The position numbers and the translations under genes were made by a program. From Mytilus edulis (lineage: Eukaryota), in contig NC_092348.1 in assembly GCF_963676685.1 (NCBI RefSeq), positions 90,644,001 to 90,708,000 on the forward strand: a DNA stretch of 64,000 nt, in the 5' to 3' direction. Every line of letters starts with the position of its first letter. Position 1 is the stretch's first letter. Positions 54,101 through 64,000 of the stretch are shown here, piece after piece. The notes beneath the pieces were generated by a model. The model saw nothing but the letters and a program-made list of their open reading frames with translations, was not told where the DNA came from and did no database searches.

Positions 54101-57100
54101 ATTACTGGGCAGTTTTAGGAATTACTTGTATTTACTAAGTGCATCGGGAATTACATGTAATTCCTAAATTTTAGTAATTACATGTAATTCCTAATTTCAC
54201 CTATTTACTGTAACATATATATTAACAGGATTTAACCCATATACAACGGGATAACATCTTTTTCCATAAGTGGGGCGAGTTGGCATTACTAAATTCATCC
54301 TGGTTAATATAAATATATTTATCTAGATTTTACCGTTTTCCATTAAGTGGGGCGAGTTGGCAGGAGTAATATTAACGGGATTTAACACATTTCACAAGTG
54401 GGGCGTTTTTTTTTTAAAGTGGGGCGAGTTGGTTAAAAAGTGGGGCGATTAGGTGTGGGGCGATTTGCCAGTGGGGCGATTTGTCATGGATTCAACCATA
54501 ATATAACTGGTCGGGAAACATATCAAATAGTAAATAAGGATATGAATATTATTAAATGTAAAGAGTTTTAAATTTTATGAAATATGTGCATGATGTGGTG
54601 GGTCTCATTGGGGTCTAAGCATTTTTAGCATGAAGCAGGATTGCGGATTTTTTGTAAGCATGACATGTGAAAGTCAAATTATTTTGCCGTAATAACGGGA
54701 AATGAATTCTTGCAGGACATTGGAAATCACAAAAAAATGAGAATTGCTTACATACATAGCGCAAGAGTGATAAAGGAATCTGACAAAACAGTAAGGGGTA
54801 TCTGGGATTAGAACCCCCCAATGAGACCCCCGATGTGAGTAAGCACATGATTACTTTTCTTAACTATTCATGCATACTCTGACATCCTACGGTTGTTTTG
54901 CCAGACAATGTGCAGCCGTGGGACATCAGAGCTTGTCCCATATTATAAAGTGGATATTTACCGGACCAAAACCAATGCATTAATTTTGCTTTGTTGCTTC
55001 TGGAGCTGACTGAGGGTCTTAATTTTTCATTTATCTCTTCATTTATTAAGTTTCATCTATCTGCCACCCTTTATTTTCTTATATTTGGACAGTTTCACAT
55101 TTGAACAGCTTTACATTTGTCATTGCAGGCCATTTAACAAATTGTAAAGCTGACAAATGGGAATGGGCTTTGCTCATCGTTGTCTTATAAGGCCACACAG
55201 TGACCTACATTGTATTGCTGTTAATTTCTGTGCCATTTGGTCTCTTGTGGATATTTTCTCATTGACATTCATACCACATCTTATTTTTATATATACATAC
55301 AAATGTACAATGTACATGTATATAAACATATGTTTCTATAATTCTTATCTGATTCATCCTTTTTTTAACCAGTTTAATGATTATATCTATTTACATATTT
55401 TGGTCTCAAATTTTCTTTGATCTACAAATTTCCTATTGTGATGTCTTAGAAGAAACAACAATGCATGTTGAAATCACATAGAAATAAATTTTTTGTAGAT
55501 CTTTGAAAAGCAGGATTGAGTGTCTGCATATTGTCTTAAAGGTGTCATACCACCAATTAAAAGTCCCTATCTGTTCAACCAAATTTTGCAATTTTCACAG
55601 CTTTCTAAATATTTTACCTTAAGTTTAACTTCATAGAAACTAGGTATATCCTGAATTGTACAGGTGTCACCTTTCTGCATGCCAATTTTCAGTATACATT
55701 CTAAATCATATAAGAAAGAAGAGAGCTTCCGAAAGGAGGTACCACTAAAAATAACCCCTGGTTTTCTGAAAATCTTAAATTAGTATACCATGGAGTGTAT
55801 TAATCCTCAATTTTAAATGCAAACTCCTAGACAGATAAAATTTGGCTCAAAATGGTCTTGATATATTTCTCTTTCAACCAAAGTTTTATTTCTGCAAATT
55901 TTTTGGTTAGTTTAGGTGAACAATGACATCAAATGCACTATTTTTTGTCCGAGTAGGCCTACTTTCACATACGTTCTAAATTTGAGGGAGTAATTGGTGG
56001 TATGACACCTAAAGAGACAAAAAAGTAGATTAGAAATCTTTTGTTTTGCTTTATTCTTAATCCTTAGTCAATTTGAAGTTAAAAACAGCCTTTCTGAGCA
56101 TAATGCAACTTATATTAAAAATTTCACAGCTCAATTTAAACTGACTGTAATGTATGACTTTGATAGAAAATACTTGAAAATTTCATTTTGGGCTACAGGA
56201 ACATAAACTTTCAATATCAAGATCAGTTTTTGCTTATTTTTCCTTGTTTGTTCTACTACTTTAAAGACTTTCAACAGTTTTCGCAATGAATTTAGTAAAA
56301 AATCCAAGGTATTGAAGTGTCATGGAATATTGACCCCCCTTTTTTTCATCTGGTGTCAGTAAAGTACTACAAATTGATCAAAAGTGCAGTCATGGTCATT
56401 AAACTGTTTTTATTTACATCAGTTAATAAAATTTAAGATATAAAAATTTCATTTGGAATAATAAATGGTATTTTTGTGAGTTTCTGCAGTGTTTACATTA
56501 GGCTATGCTATCTTCCAAGTAAATAGTATGACGCAATGAAATAAGGGGTAAAAATCAAATAATTTCATTAAATCTGCATAACAAAATTTTTTGGGGGTAG
56601 TAAATAACCTATGTTTTAATGTTTAACACCACAGATACAACTTTCTGTGCATTTATAACAATTTAGGACATTTTTTTATATTAAAGCATATTGTCAGGGT
56701 GAGAAAAGCTAAAAATAGCACAAACTCAAGTTTTAGGCTCTAAATATGCAATATGTGACATTTTGCCCCCAAAAAGATTGAAATGTGCCTAGTATTATTT
56801 CAAAATATCAGTTAAGACAAAAAAAATCAATTGTTTTCTGAATTTGATGTATCACCGCATTTCGCTTAAAGGTGTCATACCACCAATTAAAAGTCCCTAT
56901 CTGTTCAACCAAATTTTGCAATTTTCACAGCTTTCTAAATATTTTACCTTAAGTTTAACTTCATAGAAACTAGGTATATCCTGAATTGTACAGGTGTCAC
57001 CTTTCTGCATGCCAATTTTCAGTATACATTCTAAATCATATAAGAAAGAAGAGAGCTTCCGAAAGGAGGTACCACTAAAAATAACCCCTGGTTTTCTGAA

Positions 57101-60100
57101 AATCTTAAATTAGTATACCATGGAGTGTATTAATCCTCAATTTTAAATGCAAACTCCTAGACAGATAAAATTTGGCTCAAAATGGTCTTGATATATTTCT
57201 CTTTCAACCAAAGTTTTATTTCTGCAAATTTTTTGGTTAGTTTAGGTGAACAATGACATCAAATGCACTATTTTTTGTCCGAGTAGGCCTACTTTCACAT
57301 ACGTTCTAAATTTGAGGGAGTAATTGGTGGTATGACACCTAAAAATAATTAGAGAAACAGATTCTACAGACTACATGTACATGTACATGAATATTGATAT
57401 GATCTACATGTACATGTATGATATCAAGTTGAACAAGGCCACACTTAAAAATATTTTGGTTTGCCCAAACCCTACCCAAAGGTTTTGACAGTGGGTAGGT
57501 AGGTATTCATTTTCTTTTTTTTTTTTTTCAAAAAAAAGAAATTGAAGTATCAGATGTTTATTTGTCTTTATGCCTATTTGATTAAAAAAAAAACTTCTAC
57601 AAATCAGGACAATAAAAGAATTTGAGTAGGCAGCTTTTTTCTGGGTAGGTAGCTTTGGGCAAACAAACCTATTATTTATTATGGCCCAATGTTGAAGTGG
57701 TTTCTACATGTATCTTATCTGAAAGCTAGTAAGACAAGTCATATTTGCTCTAAAGACTACGGTACCGTACTTGTGGTAACAAAATGTTATTGACAACAGA
57801 CCTTTTAAGACCATTTTGAATATTGTATACTGCATGCACATGAACGATTGATGTATTAACCATTGTTAACCTTTCATGTATATAAACTATTTAAAGAATG
57901 GATTATTATTTTTTTTATTGTTTTCAGTTCGTCCTTCAATGAGACTGATATATATGTACCTAGCTAACGATGTTATACAGAACAGTAAGAAGAAAGGACC
58001 TGAATTTACCAGAGACTTTGCTACTGTAATGACAGATGCATTTGCTTCGGCTACAAAGTAAATATAAACCTGAGATATTGCAAAAAGCTGTTATACTATT
58101 ATGTATATTTTAATATATTTTAAGTACATTCTATAGATATAATAAGATGTGGCAATGAGATAACTCTCCATCCAAGTCACAATTTGTGATTTCAAATTAA
58201 CCATTATACAGTACTACCTGTGACTTTATCTTATTAATGGTGGCCATAAAAAATATGTTCACCATGGTGGCCCCATATGTTCATCATCATACCCCCTGTT
58301 GCTTTTTTAATACACAAGGTATTAATCAAAAACTAGTCAAGGATTAAAGGGAAATCTTGAATGCATTGAAGTGTTAAAATTATGTAACTTACAGGTCATG
58401 TGTCTCAGGTAAAATATACATGTATGTGTTTGTCAAATTTATTAACTGTGATTATGACAAGAAATTCAAAAATTAAATGAAATAATAAAACTAGTTGAAG
58501 TTGAACAAATAGCTTAATAAGAAAAGAATTTGTCTCATGACTATTAGTTTGATATTATATCTTTTATATAATTTTTAATCAATTTAAGTTATTTTTTATA
58601 TGTATTAAGTCTATTTTTTGGTAAGTGAAGAATAAATGAATATCATTTTCAAATATAACTGCAAACATTTACAATGCCTGCCTTTTTCTATTGAAAAGGT
58701 GTTTCTCAAATTAATTTTCTAAAATCAAAATGGTTTATTATTGTAGATAGACTGATCTGCATTCAACATTGTTTAGCATATGTTTAAGATTGTCTTTAAG
58801 ACTTATGCTAAATAAAATTTAGGCAATTCATTATTTCTCTATTGAATAAAATATAAATATTAGAAATATTCATCACAGCAAAATTTGATAGTATTTTTAT
58901 TGGCAAATGATATTTTAAACATGATCCATGTTTTAGGGTTTAAGCATTTCTTTTACTTTTTGTTCTTGGGTACGAGCAATGATTTGTATAGTCTTACTAT
59001 ACAAATCCTTGGGTAAGAGACAATATTATGAGAAGGTAAATGATTTTCAAATAGATTATCTCAAAGTTGTTTTGTTAATTTACAATCAAGGAAGGAGTGG
59101 TCTTCATTCTCCAGCAAGTGGCACAGTTTACATATTCTATCCTTTCTAGGAATTTTATATTGTCCACTATTTTCTATTTCTAAATTATGACCAATAATTC
59201 TCTACCTATTGACACAATCAAGTTTACAGTTTTTATCATAAGTTTTTATTCTTAGATTTTTCTTTAAATTCATTTTTTATCAAGGACTTTAAAAGTATTC
59301 AAGTCCCTGCAATTATTAACTTTATCTAAAAGGCCTAGGTTGAGTGAAATATGTTTTGTAAATGTATACCAAGAATATGTATCATGCCAGTCCAGCACTT
59401 TTGACAATATAATACACCGGAAAAAAATATGATTTAAATAATAGCCCATAAAAGTGTCACCATCTTTAGAAGTGCACTTTATTTTTTCTGGAGACAAATT
59501 TTGACAGAAATTATCCAAACTGAAGATAACATATTTGATAAGTTTCAAGACAATTTCTGTAAATAATTTCTTTTCATAAGATTCACTTTATTCAGATATA
59601 AGAACATTTTTCATTATGATTAGCATTTTTAATGAACATTTATCAAATTTTGATGATAACTAGGTGGGCATTTGGAAAATAAAGCTTTTCAGTGATTGTT
59701 TGTGCACAACTCTTGTTTTTGAGATTTGAAAAAAAATTAGATAAACAAAATTAGTTTTTTCCTAAACCATATAATGATACTTGTAGTTTTCCAGAATAAT
59801 ATCACATGTATTAGATTTTATCAAAATTTATTGTAAAAGGATTGATATTGATCATCTTATTTTGTTAAGAAACTGACTTCCTTTCTCAATTTTATTGTTT
59901 AATTCCTTTCATTTTTTTTAAATGTCATTTTTGCATGATTATTAGTTATTATTAATAGTAATAATTCATTTACTAATGCAAACAAACAATTGAATACAAT
60001 GTACATCATGTACATTAACCTTTTACTTAAAAAACAATAATTAAAAGTCTGCTTATTTCAAATGCTTGTCAATAACTTTATCTTTGGCCTTTTGCCATTT

Positions 60101-62584
60101 CTACTAAAGATTCTTACCAAGAAGAAATTAAAATAATAAGAAACAAAAAAGTAATGAAAACAAACCATATAAAAATGAAAAAAAAACAATTAAAAAATTA
60201 AATGAAATTAAAGACAAAGAAAAATAATAATAAATTGACAGAGTAAAACAATATTTTATTCTACAATTTCAAAAAAAGGTGAAATGTCAATTTTAAAAGA
60301 AACTTTAATAGTTACCTGTACAGGTAAATTTTAATGAAACATACCACCTAAAAACTTCAACCCTGATTGATTTTAACAGGTAACATAATTAGATAACACA
60401 TCTACCATGTTTTATGACCCCCAATAAATGGCCAACATCTCAAGATTGAATACCCCAATAAATGTTCACCATTGGATGTTGACCATGCAAGAGGGTGGAC
60501 ATAACTAAGAGGATGTCACAGTGTTGTAGATCAAAATGCGGTCTTCAACATGGAGCCTTGGCTCACATCGAAAAGTACGCTTTAAAGGGCCCCTAAAAAT
60601 GACTAGTGTAATACCATTCAAATGGGAAACCCAAGTCTGAAATATCTGTACTCGACTGTACTGATTTTTACTTGAACAGTCTGCATTGATCTAACTTTTA
60701 CTTGACATTACTCGACCCCAGCATTCGTCCAGTCTGAACCATACTAGACTGTACTGAATTGTACTACAAACTACAAAATATTTGAGGGTACACTTTGATT
60801 ATATAATTTGTGTGCATGTGTTGAAAGAACACACATTATATTATTCAAAATATATATCCTGTATATATGCAATTGTTCTGAAAAAAAAAGAGATAGTAAA
60901 TAATTTTATTGCGTTTATATTATAGAGATGCTGAGGAAAAGGTGAAGAAATCAGTGGATAGAATATTAAATATATGGCAGGAAAGAGGTGTTTACAGTAA
61001 AAACACAATAGATAAAATAAAAAGTGGCACAGGTGAGTGTAAACAAATGGGTCATACTTAGATGCAACAAACCCAGGCATAGAAGTTTCCTACATGTGTA
61101 CCACCATCTTTGAGTTTGTCTGCCATCTAAGAAAAATAAAATGTTTTCAACTAATTTTTGGGGATCACACATGTATATGTCACAACAAAATATGTTTTCA
61201 TCAATAGGTCAATTGGCACAGATATTTTTTGGTTTATACCGGGAGACTAAAAGCATAAAGCATTATTATTCTTTTCATTCTTTATTTAAGCAGATTCATC
61301 ATTTGAATGAATTGAAATCAAATTAGTGGTTCATCTAGGATATAGATGTTTGAAAGTTACATTTGATCTTCTAGGAAACCTTATACAACGGTTAGATTTT
61401 TTGTTTGGCACAAAACTTATGTTTCATTATTTGTTTTAAATAGATATTGTTTGTAGACGAAGAAACATATATGTCACTCTCTTAAGAGTATAAGCTTTAT
61501 TACATATTTAATTTTCAGGAAACCAAATTATTCACAAAAGTGGTGAGTATGCTATCAATTTCAGTCTTAGCTTGTCTGGAACTCTGTATATACATTTTGT
61601 ACCATCATCCATATTGTATGTGTTTGAAGTCTCAAAATTATTGTTTCAGTGTTTTGTATTCAAAGAGCACTCTATGGTAAACTAAATATATTGCAGTTGT
61701 TATGGTAGCCATTGAAGAAAATAGGAACATTTGAAATTTCAAAATTATTCAGATTAAAGAATTAATGTAATGTCACTTCAAAACATGTTTATTTTGAGAA
61801 TGACTTTTTTGGGGAAAATCTCAATAAGATTGATTGTCTGCAAGAATGTTAATTAACTGTTGAGTGCTCTTTAAGGTAAGTAATAAATAGAAATGGTATT
61901 TGGTTGCCTTGGCAAACAGATTTCTGGTATTGGACTGTATTTCTCAAATTTGCATACTGCTAATCAAATACAAAAAAAATCTCTTAATTCTAAAGAATAT
62001 TGGTTTGAAAATGTTATTAATTATTTATATTTAATTTTATGATAAATTTGAATGTTCATTTGTTTTATTGCCATAGGCAGATAAAAAGTTAATAAATAAA
62101 AAAAAACATTGCTATGAGATTTAAAACCTGAAAAAAATCTTAATTTGAGCCTCAAATTTTGAGGACTGAATTTGAGAAATACAGATACTGTGTGGTGTTT
62201 GCACTTACATGCTTGCTTGCAATTGCTGTATGTTGTGGTGTGTCTTTCTATTGTAGCCCTTCAAGACATTACAGAGAGGAGGAAGAAAAAGATTGAAGAA
62301 TATATACCAACCTATAAAAAAGGTGAAATTTGTGTAGTGTGTTGAGAGGTGCAAGGGGGAGGGAACCTAATATTACTTATAAGTCATTTTCATCTTAAAT
62401 AACATCAAAATCATTCATTTTAAATATTATATGTTGCCAGGTCAGTTTTAGATATTTTCAGAAGATTTCTAGAACAGATGTTTTATTTTTACAGCCATAT
62501 CAGATATAGCAGCTGAAATAAACTTAAAAAGAGGAAGAGACAAGAAAAAAGTAGAGGAATATGTACCTGTCAATAAGGTCAAAG
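51180..62584 (+). CDS. RPRD1B: Regulation of nuclear pre-mRNA domain-containing protein 1 (RPRD1A/RPRD1B family, CID domain), 5' part; continues beyond the window
   Basis: Exons 51180-51330, 57928-58057 and 60926-61032 give MSSFTDSNFVKKLSELNNTQQSIQTLSLWLIHHRKH...YLANDVIQNSKKKGPEF...RILNIWQERGVY (CID). Probable further phase-1 exons at 61519-61542, 62257-62322 and 62495-62584 are lower confidence. The A versus B paralogue name is not resolvable in an invertebrate. Confidence 0.92.
52449..54216. mobile_element. Nested TIR element inserted in (TA)n
   Basis: TIR GTTACAGTAAATAGGTGAAATTAGGAATTACA at both ends, with (AT)n flanks. Confidence 0.75.
53315..53970 (+). mobile_element. HINE-like element nested inside the two elements above
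   Basis: Starts TCGAGCCT...GCGAGACATAGCGA, has ~3 internal ~180-bp core repeats, and ends GCAAAAGTAGGCGAGACACTGGGTTCTGCAAAACCC (terminal hairpin). Confidence 0.6.
55541..57339. mobile_element. Two identical 469-bp TIR-bounded direct repeats (55541-56009, 56871-57339) around an 861-bp spacer
   Basis: Each copy has TIR GGTGTCATACCACCAATTA and TAAA on both sides; the copies appear identical by eye. Confidence 0.85.
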
Positions 62585-63190
62585 GTTAGTATAGAAAATA
62601 GTACAGGAATATGTACCTGTCAATAAGGTCAAAGGTTAGTATAGAAAATAGTACAGGAATATGTACCTGTCAATAAGGTCAAAGGTTAGTATAGAAAAAG
62701 GTACAGGAATATGTACCTGTCAATAAGGTCAAAGGTTAGTATAGAAAAAAGTACAGGAATATGTACCTGTCAATAAGGTCAAAGGTTAGTATAGAAAATA
62801 GTACAGGAATATGTACCTGTCAATAAGGTCAAAGGTTAGTATAGAAAATAGTACAGGAATATGTACCTGTCAATAAGGTCAAAGGTTAGTATAGAAAAAA
62901 GTACAGGAATATGTACCTGTCAATAAGGTCAAAGGTTAGTATAGAAAAAAGTACAGGAATATGTACCTGTCAATAAGGTCAAAGGTTAGTATAGAAAAAA
63001 GTACAGGAATATGTACCTGTCAATAAGGTCAAAGGTTAGTATAGAAAAAAGTACAGGAATATGTACCTGTCAATAAGGTCAAAGGTTAGTATAGAAAATA
63101 GTACAGGAATATGTACCTGTCAATAAGGTCAAAGGTTAGTATAGAAAAAAGTACAGGAATATGTACCTGTCAATAAGGTCAAAGGTTAGT
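62551..63190. repeat. 50-bp minisatellite x~13 spanning a predicted RPRD1 splice donor
   Basis: Unit GTACAGGAATATGTACCTGTCAATAAGGTCAAAG|GTTAGTATAGAAAA(T/A)A. Confidence 0.95.
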
Positions 63191-64000
63191 GCTATCAAAG
63201 GTCACTCTTAATGATTTTGTTTGATTCATGCTTTGCAAAACTCATTAAACTTGAAACTTCTCAGATCTTAGACATTTATTGTTGTATTGCTAAAAAAAAA
63301 ACATGGTGTTTTTGCTTGGCATATTTAAAACAATGTAAAGCTACTATGAACACAACATTCAAGGGAAGACTGCAGTTATTTGTGGATGTAGGGTATTATT
63401 GTCTTTAGGATAAAAAGTAATAAAGTAACAAAATCAGTACAATCTGTTCAATAAGATGCAATTCAAAAAAGGCATCAGGGGAAGTAACTTATTTAACATC
63501 ATTCAATATGAATGATTTTAGCATTCTATGGGAAAATCACAGGTTTTTTGTACTATCATAAAATTAAAATTTTTCACTATCTGTGCTTTTATTAAAGATC
63601 AGTTGGAAGCTACTTTCATGGATATGAGCTAGCCATAAATTTAGATTTTCAAAAGAATTATAACTTCTAATTAATATGTAGAAAAATTGGTGCCCACCAA
63701 AATAAATGAATCTACAGTATTTATGCCATTAAGTAATCTAAGAACATGATACATTGTCATTAATTTTATTAGAAAGGTAGATAGGTATAATAAAGATTAA
63801 CCTATACTTTGGGATTTTTTTTCTGATTTTGACATTTTCCTGAAATCAAAAGCAAATGCTCGCAGTCTGATTTTGAAAGTCATTTATGACAAATTTGCAT
63901 TTGTTCTCAATGTCCATAGGTTAATAAAAAAAATTAAACAAACTAAAATAAATTCCAACTACACACCTATATTTCTCAATCAGGAAACAGTAAACATACA

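Larger units (their letters stand above)
51575..54493. mobile_element. Foldback-type DNA element with ~220-bp modular TIRs and 8-bp TSD
   Basis: TIRs built from TCGCCCCAC repeats; AACCATAA duplicated at 51567-74 and 54494-501. Confidence 0.8.

Noticed and set aside
996-63408. Most remaining 60-100 aa ORFs in the supplied track
   Set aside because: They have low-complexity F/L/I/Y/K composition expected by chance in AT-rich intron and repeat DNA, or they are intron read-through extensions of the real exons listed above.

Overview
AT-rich, intron-rich animal genomic DNA. The repeat families look like those of a bivalve mollusc (Mytilus-like; this is inference). Spliced genes reconstructed by hand from GT-AG sites and reading-frame phase are: the last four coding exons of DDX1 (+), a short CSRNP-family gene (-), MRPS17 (+), a complete 8-exon POLR2C/RPB3 (-), and the 5' part of RPRD1A/B (+), which sits head-to-head with POLR2C with 325 bp between the ATGs. 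The most notable observation is a 3-coding-exon, 302-aa gene nested antisense inside POLR2C intron 4. It encodes an N-terminal SOCS box (BC box plus LPLP Cul5 box) fused to a NEK-like pseudokinase domain. Also notable are minisatellites that multiply a real splice acceptor (POLR2C exon 5) and a real splice donor (RPRD1), a minimal hammerhead ribozyme in a retrozyme-like repeat, and a degenerate hairpin-core array. The rest is TE debris: L1/Tx1, CR1/L2, Gypsy and Penelope-like fragments, SINEs, Kolobok-like, Academ-like and Tc1-like MITEs, and HINE-like elements. Gene names come from recalled similarity to the human proteins; no database search was run.
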